Part shown: positions 1 to 16,164 of the stretch, piece after piece
How the letters are laid out: every line of letters starts with the position of its first letter
Position numbering within the stretch: position 1 is the first letter of the stretch
Assembly (NCBI RefSeq): GCF_009914755.1
Contig: NC_060928.1
From: the human T2T-CHM13v2.0 reference genome, Homo sapiens
DNA length: 64,000 bases
Reading direction: 5' to 3' (one strand)
Notes under the pieces: model-generated
Seen by the model: only the letters and a program-made list of their open reading frames with translations
The model's database searches: none
Told to the model about the DNA's origin: nothing
Position numbers and translations under genes: made by a program

Positions 1-1
1 A

Positions 2-4
<3 letters not shown>

Positions 5-42
<38 letters not shown>
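5..42. repeat. (AT)n microsatellite
   Basis: Uninterrupted ATAT run at the window start. Confidence 0.95.
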
Positions 43-44
<2 letters not shown>

Positions 45-684
45 CTTGATGACTAATACATTGAACACTTTTTTATGTAAAATAATCATTTGCCTTTATG
101 GACATATTTGTTTATATTGTATCATACAAATTATATACAAGCACCTTTCTGTCCGTGAGAATAAATCATTAAAATGGAAATAGCAAGAAAAAAAATGCAA
201 TATTTTTTTCCCTTTTACCTCATGTATATATAGAAGTAAATATATGGTAAATTAATCATTTTAATACAGAAAAATAAAATGAAAAACAAAATATAATCAT
301 AATTCTATTTTTATTTAACATACAAACAAAAATTATTTATGGTATGATTTGGGACAAGAGACAATCTTGTAAATCTTCTAGCTTTCTTTTTCTTTTTATT
401 CTTAAAATTTTAGTTTATTTAAAATTTAAAGTTTTCTTAGTAAACTTCATGTCAGCTTCATTTATGTTGTTTGGTAAATCTGTTTGAAAAAGTAAAAAAA
501 AGATTTCAAAATTCCTCTCCAACTTTAAAATGTTGGTACAGAAAAGTTTAATCAGAATATATTTCTATGCATTTGTGGTAATGAGTAAAAATATTTTAAT
601 TTTTGTGTTCATTTGATTTTTATTCATTCATAAAAAGTAAACAGATGAATTTCTTAAAAAATATCAAATATAATTTTACCTATC

Positions 685-998
685 TTTTTTTTTTTTTTTT
701 TTGAGACAAGGTCTTGCTCTGTCACAGCTTGGAGTACAGTAGCTCATCTGCAGCCTCAACCTCCCAGGCCCAAGTGATCCTCCCATATCAGCCTTCTGAG
801 TTGCTGGACCACAGGTGCATGCCACTATACCTGTCTTATTTATTTATTTATTTTATTTATTTATTTATTTATTTTTTTGTAGAGATGGGATCTTTCTATG
901 TTGCCCAGGCTGGTCTGGAACTCCTGGGCTCAAGCTATCATCCCTTGCTTGGTCTCCTTTAGTGCTGGGATTACAGGTGTGAGCCACTGTGCCCAGTC
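685..998 (-). mobile_element. Alu SINE, old (AluJ-like)
   Basis: Poly-T then GAGACAAGGTCTTGCTCTGTC...GCTGGGATTACAGGTGTGAGCCACTGTGCCCAG; central linker expanded to (TTTA)n at ~838-878; J-like motifs GCAGCCTCAACCTCCCAGG and CTCCTGGGCTCAAG. Confidence 0.9.
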
Positions 999-1399
999 TT
1001 TGATAATTTTTCTACCACTTCAATCATTCATCTTTTATTTATTAAGTATAGTTCTGATAATCTGGTAAGTAACAGAGTGCTAAAAAGCTAATGGATGTTA
1101 GGATTATTGAAATATAAAAAATTCAGCGGTCTTCTTTAAAGATAGTATTTAAGGGCATTTTTTGACTGAATTTTCCATGTGATTCAATTTTCCTTTTTCT
1201 ATTTTATATGTAGATAATTAAAAAGAATTAACCAGCAAAACAAAACAGCTGGGTTATTCTTTTCCCCTGCAAATTAGAAGTAAAGTTCATTTTATGGTTT
1301 TCATTTTATGTTACTAATATCTCTCCAGATACTGATTACACTGATTATCAATTCATAGAACTTCAGAACTTGGAAATAGCCTCAGGCATCACCTAATTC

Positions 1400-1476
1400 A
1401 GTATTATTCAACATGGTTCACCAAAAACATCTACTTTAGAATCAGATCACTCAAATGTTTGTTAAAAATGAAGATA
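1400..1476 (+). mobile_element. MER5A-like hAT DNA transposon fragment, apparently split by the L1 (remainder ~4172-4225)
   Basis: ATCAGATCACTCAAATGTTTGTTAAAAATGAAGAT here and AAAAATGAAAGT...GATAAATCAGAATCT after the L1 resemble the MER5A core GCTTGTTAGAAATGCAGATT...GAATCAGAATCT (consensus from memory). Confidence 0.4.
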
Positions 1477-1477
1477 C

Positions 1478-2668
1478 CTTTGCTGTGCATAAGCTTTTTA
1501 ATTTGATGTAATCTCATTTGTTGGTTTTTGTTTTTGTTGCCTGTGCTTTAAAATTCATATCCAAAAAAAATTATTCCCTATGCTGATGTCATCAAGCATT
1601 TCCCATATGTTTTCAGTTTCTGGTTATACATTTAAGTCTTTAATTCATTTTGAGTTGATTTTTGTATATGTTTAGAAATAAGAGCCCAATTTTATTCTTC
1701 TGCATGTGAATATTTAGTTTTCCCAATCACATGTACTGAAAAGACTGTCCTTTCCCCAGTGTATGTTGTGGCACCTTTGCCAAAAATCAATCAGCTGTAA
1801 ATGTGTGGATGTATTTCAGGGATCTCTGCTCTGTTCCATTGGTCTATGTGTCTGTTTTCATGCCAGTATCATGCTGTTTTGGTTACTAATGCTTTATAGA
1901 ATGTTTTGAAGTCAGGTTATGCTTATGCCTCCAGCTTTATTCTTTTTGCTTAAGATTGATATAGCTATTTGTGGATTTTTGTTGTTCCATACAAATTTTA
2001 GAATTTGTTTTCCTATTTCAATGAAGAATGTCATTGGTATTTTGATAGGGATTAGAGTGAATCTGTAGATCACTTTGGGTAGTACAGACATTTTAACAAT
2101 ACTAATTTTTCCACCCATGAAGACAGTGTATCTTCCCATTTATTTGTGTCCTCTTTCATTTCTTTCATCAGTGTTTTATAGTTTTCATTGCGGAGATCTC
2201 TCATATTTTTGGTTAAATGTATTCCTAGAGGTTTTATTTTTTAAAGATATTGTAAATGGGATTGTTTTCATAGTTTCTTTTTCAAATAGTTCACCATTAC
2301 CTTATAGAAATTCCACAGCTTTTTGTATGTTGAGTTTGTACCCTGCTACTTAACTGAATTTTTTAGTTCTAACAGTTTTTTGGTAGAGTCATTAGGGTTT
2401 TCTATATATAAGATTATGTCATCTGCAATAATGACAGAGACAATTTAACTTCCTCCTTTCAATTGGGATGCCTTTTATTTCTTTCTCTTGCCTCATTGCC
2501 CTGTTGCTCTGACTAGGACTACTAGTCCTATGTTGAACAGAATTGATAGAAGTCGGTGTTCTTGTCTTATGCCAAATCTTAGAGGGAGGTCTTTTAATAT
2601 TTTCCTGTTCAGTATGACATTAACTTTGGGATGATCTTATATGGCTTTTATTGTGTTGAGGTACATTC

Positions 2669-2672
<4 letters not shown>
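1478..2672 (-). mobile_element. L1 (L1MA-type) ORF2 segment, inverted 5' part of a twin-primed insertion
   Basis: ORF 1912..2139(-) [14 protein letters not shown]...KKNKAGGI is degenerate L1 ORF2; the segment covers the RT to C-terminal region on the minus strand. Confidence 0.9.
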
Positions 2673-4150
<1,478 letters not shown>

Positions 4151-4860
4151 AATTAAATCATTTATTGAATTGTAAAAATGAAAGTATATAATCTATACTT
4201 CAGGCATGATAAATCAGAATCTTATAAAACATATTAGTGGCAAAGCTAGGAAAAAAATAGGTTTTCTAACTTCTGGCACTATTTTTTTTCCCTTTACACT
4301 CTTCTTCTACTACAAATAATGTATCTATATTTTGTGATATAAAATTTTTAAGTTGTCAATTTTATTTTTTTATCAAAATAAAGACATGGTATTGTGTAGA
4401 TAGGATCAAAATATTTCTGAAACTATGTATGTCAATTGAATCTTTTTCACACTCTTAGATTTAACATAATTCCTCTAAGTGGCAAGATTTGAGTACAAGG
4501 GTATCTGAGCTACCCATATCCAACCTTTTTAATATTTAATTTATTGTGATTTTTACTAAGCTTTTCCTTCTAGTTTATACCTAGGTCAAAATGAAAGCAT
4601 TTGGTTAAATTATTTATATTATTTAAGTGCATTTAGTCTATCAGAATTCCTAATTAAATATTTCAGTATCACTGGGATAAAACTGGTAACCAAATACATT
4701 TTCTAGACAAAGAAAAATATTTCCAGCAAACAAGAAACCCAGGGGAAGTTACGTTTTAAAATCATCTCCTCGTTTTTTAAATAAGCATTGATATTAATAA
4801 TTTTATCTTCAAAAATATGAATCCTTGACAGTCTAATTAAGCATCATACAGCATCTTTAA

Positions 4861-5218
<358 letters not shown>

Positions 5219-5883
5219 AAGACTTTTTAAAGAAACACTGAAAACTCTGTCATTAACAAATAAATTAATCAAAATTTAAAGATTTCAAAGTTGGAATGGT
5301 ATACAAAAAGTATTAAAAATTCAAATATATATTTAAATGATTTATACAGAACACATATTTTCTCCTGACTTGTAAATATTTATAAGTAGACGACTAAAAT
5401 ATTGTTTTCTGCTTTGATCATGTAATGTTTACTAAACTATTCTGATTCATATCATTTGTTCAGTTTGTTTCCTAATGGGTTTAATCTTGCTGCACAAATT
5501 GTTCAAAGAAATGTAAGTTCTCAAATCCTCTGTGTCTTTTTGAACTATACCCTCATTGAATCTTTATAATTATTTTATAAATTCCTCTGTCCCAAGGGGA
5601 TGAGTAATGCAGATGTTAAATTACTGTACTGTAAATACTCCAGGATTCAAAATGTGTTATGAAGTCATAATGAATTTTTTTCAGGAGAAATGAACACAAA
5701 ACTGATACAAAAAATAAAGTAGCTCAAAACCTACCAGTGTTCAAAATAAGTTCTGGGACACAGAAGTGCTCAATAAATATTTCTTTAACTGATTTAAACT
5801 ATATTATGCAGCATACTATGGGAATATTTGAATCCAGAAATATTTTTAAAGTACAATTTTAACTATATAATACTATAACTGAG

Positions 5884-5995
5884 TGAGAGGAAACTGAAGT
5901 CAGTATTGACAAAGATTCCAGAGCTAATAGCAAAAGAAGGACTCAAATCCAAGTCTGTGGATTCCAAAGACCATTCTTTATCCACTGTCTACACT
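5884..5995 (-). mobile_element. MIR fragment
   Basis: GAGGAAACTGAAG...GGACTCAAATCCAAGTCTGTGGATTCCAAAG matches the MIR core antisense. Confidence 0.6.
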
Positions 5996-7377
5996 CCCTC
6001 TCTTTAAGGATAGGATAATGCACAAGGCATTTGAAACACTTATAAAATAAAACTGTGTAGAACTCCATCACAGAAAATTTTAAGCCCTAAATACGTAGAA
6101 CAATCAGCATCCAGAATCAATCTTTTCCCAAATGCTTCAAAAATAACCATTCTAAATATGTATTTGAAAGCAATGAATATTACACATGGATCAATTTCAG
6201 TATGCCCATATGGGTAACACTACCTTTCCTGTGGTTGGCCCTTTAAATTATTTTCTCTATTGAGTTGTAAAAAGAAATTTTAAAGGTAGCTAATATCCAG
6301 AACTCAGAACAATTGGCCTTCCAATATCGATCTTGATATTGGATCTATTTCCTTTGGTTTGAAAATCTTTCTTCAACACCCTTCAGGCCCTTGGTAGAGA
6401 CTACACTACTTTCTGATCTAGCCTCTGCATTATCATTTCTTGATCAGCTCTATACTCCAAGCTTAGCATCTTCCCTTGTGGGTGAGGCTCTAATACTCCA
6501 GTCCTGTGTGACCTAACTCTAGCCATGTTTTATCTGTTGAAAACTCTATCGCTAATCTCTACTCTCTTTAAGAGGGACCATACTGATAATATATCATCCA
6601 TAAGGTATGTCAGTACATAGAGATATTAGCTTTATTTAGCTACAGAAGTAACTTTGCAAGTACTTTCCTGGTGTTTACACATTGACCCCAGAACTACAAG
6701 CAATTATAAATTACTTCATTGCCAATGACATTATGATAATAGTTTATCCAATATGGTAGTCATAGTAATTTTAATTTTAATATAACATCTTAGAGATCAG
6801 AAAATATATTATCACCCTTCTTTACCTTTACCATCACCTATGCAGTTTGGATCGTGTAGTAGAAATTGATGACAAGGAAAGTCTTATTTTATGGCTTTCA
6901 TAAGAAATTGATATGAGATCCACAAGCACAGATTACTGAAAATCACTGAACTATAAAAATGAAATATGGAAATAAATATTTAAAATAAAGATAGCATATT
7001 AAATTAAGTTTATGTGCTAAGCAGGTATTTATCATAATTTTTATGATTGATATTAGGTAACAGTCTCTTCCATGTTCATTTAATTTTGGCTAATGAGCTA
7101 CATTTCCTAAACAATTACAATGTAATGGATGTATATCCTGGTGTTATTATCATGTTAGTGCTATAGAGTTCATAAAAGGTACTATAAAAATGGCACAAAA
7201 TATACACTAAAATTAATTATGACATGAGTCTTTGTTGTTGTTTTAATTTTCTTTGGAAAATTGACATATTTATTTCAAAAACTTATCTTTCTCATTACTA
7301 TTGGTAGTGTATTTGAGGTCTATATTACAAAAATATAGACTATCCCATATTATATTTTAATTGTGTCAGAGCTTTGG

Positions 7378-7378
7378 A

Positions 7379-7416
<38 letters not shown>

Positions 7417-7440
7417 ATTAGAGAGACAGAGAGAGAGAGA
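7378..7440. repeat. (ATCT)n tetranucleotide followed by (AG)n
   Basis: About 9 ATCT units, then an AG run. Confidence 0.9.
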
Positions 7441-7599
7441 CATATATACTTATATTTTTAACATTTAAGTTTTTGTTTACTCCTTAGGGCATTTCCCAAT
7501 ATTTTCATATAATTTAATATTATGAGAAGCACTATCAATCTTTTGATAATACATTTAACAATTAGGTGATCAAAATCCTATCCTGAGTAACACAGACAC

Positions 7600-8660
7600 T
7601 TCATTCATTTCTTTAACAAATACTATGGAGATGTGGCTATGGAGTACTGTAACAAGTAAGGAGATAAACAAAATACTGCACAAAATGTTTTTCATTACAA
7701 TGGTGGTAAGCACCATAAAGGAAAACTTTCTATTGTTACGATTTGTGGAAAAGGGAACAATACCTGGTTGTATTAGTCTGTTCTCACTCTGCTAATAAAG
7801 ACATACCTGAGACTGGGTAACTTATAATGAAAAGAGGTTTAACTGACTCACAGTTCCACACAGCTGGGGAGGCCTCACAATCATGGTGGAAGGTGAATGA
7901 GGAGCAAAGTCACATCTTACATGGTGGCAGGCAAGAGAGCATGTGTAGGGGAACTCCACTTTATAAAACCATCAGATCTCATGACACTTATTCACTATCA
8001 TGAGAACAGCATGGGAAAGGCCTGCTCCCCTGATTTGATTACCTCCCACTGTGTCCCTCCCATGACACATGGGAATTATGGGAACTACATTTCAAGATGA
8101 GATTTGGGTGGGGACACAGCTGAACCATATCACTGCTTTAGGAGATTGTATGTGAGAAAATGTTCCCTGAGCTTAGTCCTGAAGGATTTACATGCAAGAC
8201 ACTGACAAAAACTGGGGATAAATCATTGCAGGCAGAGGGACTGGCAGGTATACATTTGTATAATATGATGTGACAAAATTTTTATCTTGCAGAAGAAACT
8301 GAATTAAGTTCAGGTTGTCTGGAGTATGTTTGTATTGAAGAGAGATTCAAAACAAGATTATAGATGTCATTAGTGAATTCCATTTATCACTCTTATAATA
8401 CATGTAAAAGATTTTCTACAATATCCAAAAAACATGGGAAGCCACTGAAGGATTTTAAGCAAAAGAGTGACATATTCAGGTTTGTATATTTTAAAGTTAT
8501 CTCTGGCTGTACTATAAAGAATAGATTTGAGGTGAAAACTGAAGAAGAGAGGAAGCCCTTGCAATAGTTCACATGTGAATTGATGGTGATTACATTAAGA
8601 GTTATGGTGGAGATGGAACAAAGAGGAAAAATTAAAGAAATATTTTATAGCTGCCATTTG
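7600..8660 (-). mobile_element. L2 LINE relic, interrupted by THE1
   Basis: TCATTCATTTCTTTAACAAATA (L2 tail antisense); ATGGGAAGCCACTGAAGGATTTTAAGCA...GAGTGACATATTCAG typical L2 antisense motif. Confidence 0.65.
7769..8132 (-). mobile_element. THE1 (MaLR) solo LTR
   Basis: TGTATTAGTCTGTTCTCAC...GATGAGATTTGGGTGGGGACACAGC..ACCATATCA; TG...CA termini; TSD CTGGT/CTGCT (4 of 5). Confidence 0.92.
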
Positions 8661-8820
8661 GTAATCAACATATTCATCTTTGGTCTATAGGATCTTTAAA
8701 GACAAGATTCACTCTATGTATTATTTCATTTCTACAAATATTCCAATATTTTTGTTTCTTTCCACTATCTGAAAAGACCATTTATCCAGTCTTTTTATTT
8801 TTTTTTAATTATCTTATTTT

Positions 8821-11800
8821 TCAAGATGGCTGACTAGGAACATTACAAGCCCATTTTCCTCAGAAAGAAGATCAAATTTACCAGTGAATAGTCAAGTTTT
8901 AAAAGAAAAATGGTGGGAAGTTAGCCAGGACCTATTGGATCACCCATGGGAAGATGTTGGGGCACATAAAACAAAAACAGCAAGAGTCTGGCTTAGACTC
9001 CTGAGGAACTCAGAGCACAGTGAAAAGGATAGATGGGAAGGCTTTTCTGCTCCCCTAAGCCTTCTGGCAATCTGCTAACCACTTGCTGGAGAGCCCTTCT
9101 GCCCTCACAACCTGGGGCAACACCATAGGTGGCAAGTAGAGAACTTCCTAAGAACAGAGAACTGGGTGGCCAGCTCACATAGCCATGCCACAACCCTAAC
9201 ACCCAAAATGAGATGGCATGCACCATACTGGTGGTGCACTCATGGTGTCACTCCCCTGTCTGGGTATCCTCTGCTCTTTAACCACTGCACCACCAGAACA
9301 CCCACAGACATATCCCACAACCCACTCTGACTTTGGCAAGCACAGGGAAATGGCAGGTCCCCAGGGAGTTGTGGGCCCTCTGGAAATCTCACCCTTGGCA
9401 TGAGCCATTCCTAAGGGAAGAGAGAGTAAAACCCACCCAAACCCTCTTTGATACAAAGGAAATGTGAGCATGGTATAAACCAATGAAGGAGGCAACACTA
9501 ATGCCTGGCAATGGATGTGGAGAGGCGGTCATCTTTTACCCTCCTTCTGCCCACACACCCCCAATACACTGTTACACATGCAACAGCAGTTCTTCCCATC
9601 GAGCCACTGAGTACTCATGGAAAGAAAGAACTTTTCCCACTTTCCTAGAGCCTCCACTCCACTGAAAGTAAACTGGCATCTGCTCACGCTTCCATGAAAA
9701 GTGAGGCCCAACTTCCTTTCCCTTCACTGAACAGCAGTGCCCCAGAAACTAAGGAGAGACTGTGGAGTTTCCTGCTCTGGTCTTGGGGAAGAGGTTCTGC
9801 TCCAAGCCCTATTCTAGCTATAGTCTTCAGAGAGGTGGATCTGCAGCCCACAGCTGTACTAAGGCCAGGAATCAAAGGAGAAAGCCTTTATAAAAACAGA
9901 AGATTGTTAGACTCAAAACAGGTGCATGATAGGGAAATGGATCACATTTCTGCTAACTCAGGTCAAGGAACTGGTGTACCCACTCTTCTCCCAATATTTC
10001 AGCACATCCCATCATGATTTCTAGGTGCCAACCTCATTAGGGCAGTTTGTGCCCACTAGGCACCAGGCCACTTGCCCGCTCTTAATGTTAAGTGCCATCT
10101 ACTGGAGTGTAGTCTGAACTGCATCACTAAACAAAAATATATCACTACATCAAGAAGCATCTGAGAAAGCACCACACAGAACCTATTTGCAACCAAGACA
10201 CACATACAGAGACTTGGCCCCCTCAAAATAATTGAAACGAAGCCAATGGATCATATACAACATACACCACAGTAAAATCCTCAAGGGGAAAAAGAATTAA
10301 AAATTAAAAAGCCCCATCCAAAACAAAGAAAAACAAACAAACAAACAAAAAAATAGAAGCAACAGCTGCTCCCTCAGGTGAGAGCAAATCAGCACAGAAG
10401 CTCTGGCAGTACAAAAAACAGTGTTCTGTCACCTCCAAAAATTGCATTAGATCCCTGGCAATAGATCCTAACCACATTGAAATGGCTGAAATGAAAGATA
10501 AAGAATTCAAAGTATGTATTGCTGGAAACTCAATGAGATCCAAGATAAAGTTAAAATCCATCACAAAGATAACAATAACATGATCCAGGATTTGAAAGAA
10601 GACATCACTATATTAAAAGAATCAAAGAGTGCTTATGGAATTAAAAATGTCACTACAGGAATTTCAAAATACAATTGGAGACTGTATTAGTCCATCTTCA
10701 CACTGCTGATAAAGACATACCCACAACTGGGCAATTTACAAAAAAAAAAGGGGGGTTATTGGACTTAAAGTTCCGTGTGGCTGGGGAGGCCTCACAATCA
10801 TAATGGAAGGTGAAAGGCACGTCTTACATGGCAGCAGACAAGAGAATAGAGTTTCTGCAGGGAGACTCACATTTTTAAAACCATCAGATCTCATGAGTCT
10901 TATTCACTATCACGAGAACAACAAGGGAAAGACCTGCCCCCATGATTCAGTTACCTTACTGGGTCCCTCCCACAACACATGGAAACTAAAGATGAGATTT
11001 GGGTGGGGACACAGCCAAACCATATCAAAATCCTTAGTAATAGACTAGATCAAGCATAAGAAAAAATTTCAGAGCTCAAAAATCAGTCTTTTTGAATCAA
11101 CCAAACCAGACAAAAATAAAGGAAAAAGATTTTTTAATGAAAACTTTTGAGAATTAGAAAATAATGTAAAGCCACTAAACATATAATTTATTGGCATTTC
11201 TGAAAGAGAAGATGAAGATGAAAAAGTAAGCAACTTGGAAAAGGGATTTCAGAGTATAATCCAGGAATTGCTAAAAACGTTGACATGCAGCAGATACAAA
11301 AAAAAATCCAGAGCACTTCAGTGAGACAATGCACATGACAACCTTCCCCAAGGCACATAGTCATTAGACTATCCTAGGTCAATGTGAAAGAAAAAATCTT
11401 AAAGACAGATAGAGAAAATGGCAAAATTACCTATAAAGGGAATTCCATAAGACTAATAGCAGACTTCTCAGCAGATACCATACAAGCCAAAAAAGATTGG
11501 GGACCTATTTTTAGCCTTCATTATGAAACAAAATGCCAAACGAGAACTTAGTATCCTTTTAAACTGAGCTTCAGACATAAAGTCTTCCTCAGAAGAGTAA
11601 ATGTTAAGAGAATTCGTCACCACCAGGCTGAACCTACAAAAAAAAAGCTCAGTGGAATTCTAAACAAAAAACAAAATGATGATACTTGCTACCACAAAGG
11701 CACACATAAGTACAAAGTCCACAGACCCTATAAAGCAAATATACTACTGAGATTACAAAGCAACTAGCTATCAACCATATGAGAGGAAGGAAACCTCACA

Positions 11801-14800
11801 TATCAATATTAGCCTTTACCATAAATGGTGTAAATGCTCCACGTAAAAGCCAGCATGGCAAATTGGATAAAATAAATGATCTTCTGCTGTCTTCAAGAAA
11901 CCCATCTCACATGTGATAACAATCATAGACTCAAACTAAAGAGATGGAGAAAGATCTATCATGCAAACCGAAAACAAACAAAAGGCAAGGTTGCTATTGT
12001 TATATTACATAAAACTTACTTTAAACCAACAATAGTGAAAACGTACAAAAAAGGGCATTATAAAATTCAACAAGAAGATATAATCATTATATATATATAT
12101 ATATATGCACCCAACATCAAAGCATCCTAATTTATGAAACAATTACTATTAGTCCTAAGAAAAGAGATAGAAAGCTACACAACAATTATGGGGATTTTAA
12201 CACCCCAGTGATAATGTTAGAGAGACCATTGATGTAGAAAACTGACACAGAAATTGTAGACTTAAGTGGAACACTTGACCAAATGGATTTAATGGACAGC
12301 TACAGCATACTCCACCCAACAACTACAGAATATACATTCTTCTCATCCACATATGGAACATTCTCTAGGACTGACTACATGCTTGGCCATAAAGCAAGTC
12401 TCAATAAATTCAGAAAGTCAAAATTATACCAACCATCCTCTTTGAACACAGTGGAGTAAAATTAGAACTCAATACCAAGAGGAATTCTCAAAACCACACA
12501 AATACATGGAAACTAAACAACTTGGTCCTGAACGACTTTTGAATACACAAGGAAATTAAGGCAGAAATAAAAAAAAATATTTGAAACAAATGAAAATAGA
12601 GAAACAACATGCCTAAAACTCCGAGATTCAGCAAGAGTAATGGTTAAGAGGAAAGTTTAGAGCACTATATGCCTACATCAAGAAAATAGAAAGATTTCAA
12701 ATTAACAACCTAAAGTCACACTTAAGGGAAATAGAAAAACAAGAACAAAGTAGACCCAAAGCTAGCAGAAGAAAATAAATAACTAAAATTAGAGCAGAAC
12801 TAAATAAAATTGAGACCAAAGAATGAACTTAAACAAAGGATCAACAAAATAAGAAGTTAGCTTTTGAAAGGGTAAACAGGACTGATAGACTACTAGTTAG
12901 ATTAACAAAGAAAATAAAGAGAAGACCCAAATAAGCACCATCAAAAATGACAAAGGGACGTTAACAACTGATCTCACAGAAATACAAAAATCCTCAGAGA
13001 TTACTACGAAGATCTCTATGTGAACACACAAAAAAACCTGTAGGATATGGATAAATTCTTGGAAACACACAAACCTCTCTTCATTGAACCAAAAAGAAAC
13101 TGAAACCCTGAACAGACCAATAGTAAATTATAAAATTAAATTGGCAACAAAAAACTAACCAACCAAAAACACTTCTGGACCAGTTAGATTTACAGCTGAA
13201 TTCTACCAGATGTACAAAGAGAGCTGGTATCAATCTTACTGAAATTATTACCCCAAAATTGAGGAGACGTGTTTCTTCCTAACTCATTCTATAAAACTTG
13301 AATCATCTTATACCGAAATTCGGCAAAAACACAAGAAAACTGCAGGCCGTTATCCCTGGTAAACATAGGCACAAAAATCCTCAACAAAAGGACTAGCAAA
13401 ATGAATACAGTAGCATATCAAAAAGATATTTTACCATGACCAAGTGGGCTTTAGTCCTGGGATGCAAGGATGGTTAAATTTCAGCATATCAATAAACATG
13501 ATCCACCACGTAAACAGAATTAAAAGCAAAAACCATGTGATAATCTCAATGGAAGCAAAAAAGGCATTCAATAAAATCCAATATCCCTTCATGATAAAAA
13601 CCTTCAAGAAAGTAGGTGTCAAGGGAGCATACTTCAAAATAATAACAGCCATTTATGACAAACTCACAGCAAACATCATATTGAACTGACAAAACTTGAA
13701 AACATTTTCCCAAAGAACTGGACAAAAACAAGGACATCTACTCTCACCACTTCTATTCAATATAGTATGGTACTTACTTGCCAGAGCAATCAGACAAGAG
13801 AAAGAAATAAAAGGCATCCAAATAGGAAAGAGGACATTAAATTATCTCTATTTGCTTACAGTATGATTCTATACCTAGAAAACTCTAAACCTCCCTCCAA
13901 AAGACTCCTAGATCTGATAAACTACTTTAGTGAAGTTTCAGGATACAAAATCAGCATACAGAAATAACTAGCATTTCTATACATCAATACAGTTCAAGCT
14001 GAGAACCAAATAAAGGGTGCAATCCTACTTGCAATAGCCATCAAAAAAAAAAAATACCTAGGAATACATCTAACCAAGGAGGTGAAAGAGCTCTACAAGG
14101 AGAATTACAAAACACTGCTGAAATAAATTATTTATGACACAAACAAATGGAAAAACATTCCATGCTCATGGATTGGAAGAAGCAATATTGTTTAAATGCC
14201 CACACTACCCAAAGCAACGTGCAGATTCAATGCAATTCCCATAAAATTACTAACATAATTTTTCACAGAATTAGTCAAATTAATTGTAAAATCCATATGG
14301 GACCAAAAACATGTCCAATAGTCAAGGCAAAGCAAAGGGAGCAAAGGAGCAGGCTTCACACTACTCCATTTCAAACTATACTACTAGTTTCTAATAACCA
14401 AAACAGCACGGTATTGTACAAAAATAGGCATATAGATCAATAGAACAGGAAGGAGAACTCAGAAATAAAACCACACACCCACAACAAACTGATGTTTGAC
14501 AGAGTCAACGAAAATAAACAATGAGGAAAGGACACCTTTTCAATAAATTGTACTGGGAAAACTGGCCAGTCATATAGAACAAAACTGGATCCCCACCTGT
14601 CACTATATACAAAAATTAACTCAAGATGTAGTAAAGATTTAAATCTAAGATCTCAATCTATAAAAATCCTAGAAAAAAACCCAGGAAAAATTATTCTGGA
14701 CATTTGCCTAGGCAAATAATTCATTACTAAGAACACAAAGGCAAATGCAACAAAAACAAAAATTGACAAATGGGAATTAATTACACTAAAAATCTCTCTA

Positions 14801-15764
14801 TACAACAAAAGAAACAATCAACAGGGTAAAGAGACAAAGTACAAAAAAGGAAGAAAATATTTGCAAACTATGCGTCTGACAATGGATTAGCATCCAGAAT
14901 CTGTAAGCAACTTAAACAAATAAAAACTAAATAACACCATTAAAAAGTGGTCAAATAACATTAACACTCCTTTTTCAAAAGAAGACAAAAAAGCAGCCAA
15001 GAAATTTATGAAAAAATACTCAATATCACTAGTCTTCAGAAAAATGAAATTTAACCACAATAAGATACCATCTCACATCAGTCAGAACGGCTATTAATAA
15101 ATAGTCAAAAAATAAGAGATGGGCAAAAATGCAGAGAAAAGGGAATGCTTACACACTGGTGGTGGGAATATAAATTAGTTCAGCCTCTGTGGAAAGTAGA
15201 TTGGAGATTCCTCAACCCACCAAAAATAGAACTACCTGTTACTGATATCTAACTAATGGAAGAGATGTTATTCTACCAAAAGACATCTGAACTCATCTTT
15301 ATTGCAGAACTATTCACAACAGCAAAGTCATGGAATCCACCTGTGTGCCCAACCATGGTGGATTGGATAAATAAAATTGGTACATATACACCATGGAATA
15401 CTACACAGTCATAAGAAAGAATGAGATCATGTCCTTTGCAGGAACATGGAGGCAACTGGAGGTCATTATCACAATTGAATTAATGAAGAAACAGAAAATC
15501 AAATACTGCATGTTCTCCCTTATAAGTGAGAGCTACAAAATGGGTACACACAGACACAAAGACAGAAACAATAGACACTGTGGTCTCCAAAAGTGGGAAA
15601 CGAGGGAGGGAGGGGACCAAGGTTGAAAAACTACCTATTAACTACTATATTCACTATTTGGGTGATGAGTTCAATAGCAGCCCAAATCCTAGTACTGTCC
15701 AAAATATCCACGTAACAAACCTGCACATGTACCCTCTTGAAACTAAAATTTAAAAATTAGAATA
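8821..15764 (+). mobile_element. Near full-length old primate L1 (L1PA16/17-L1PB age): 5' UTR, degenerate ORF1 (~10.4-11.7 kb), ORF2 (~11.8-15.5 kb), 3' UTR
   Basis: Starts CAAGATGGC (YY1-type L1 start); ORF fragments CCLQETHLT (endonuclease), PGMQGWLN (RT), MEYYTVIRKNEIMSF (C-terminus); 14-bp TSD AATTATCTTATTTT at 8807-8820 and 15765-15778. Confidence 0.92.
10683..11027 (-). mobile_element. THE1B-like solo LTR inserted in L1 ORF1
   Basis: TGTATTAGTCCATCTTCACACTGCTGATAAAGACATACC...ACAGCCAAACCATATCA; L1 ORF1 sequence resumes on both sides. Confidence 0.92.
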
Positions 15765-16164
15765 AATTATCTTATTTTCACATTGATGTCATCTACAACA
15801 ATAGGCACATTAAATGGGTTTACCTTATGTTATTTTAAAATTCTTCTCATAACATTTTGATCAATACACTTGTATTTACAACCATGGTTCCCTTCATTAC
15901 ATGTCAGTCATCAACATATCAATTTGGCTTATCTTTCAGCAAATACAAGGTAATATTTTTGCTGCTTAATAAAACAATAATTCTGAAGTCTCCTGCATTG
16001 TCTTCTAATTACCACTAGGAAAATATATGCAACCTCTTTTTTCTTTACATATTCTTTATTTCTATGTCAATTTTCAGATTCTTCTTGTCTAGGTCATGTT
16101 CAGCTTTTCACTTCCTAAGATGCATGCAGTCCATTGTCTTGTGCCTACTTCATGATTGTATCTT

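Noticed and set aside
2514-2530. Short hairpin TAGGACTA-C-TAGTCCTA in L1 (similar 9-bp-arm hairpin at 6320-6343)
   Set aside because: Too short to separate from chance or trivial quasi-palindrome correction in 64 kb.
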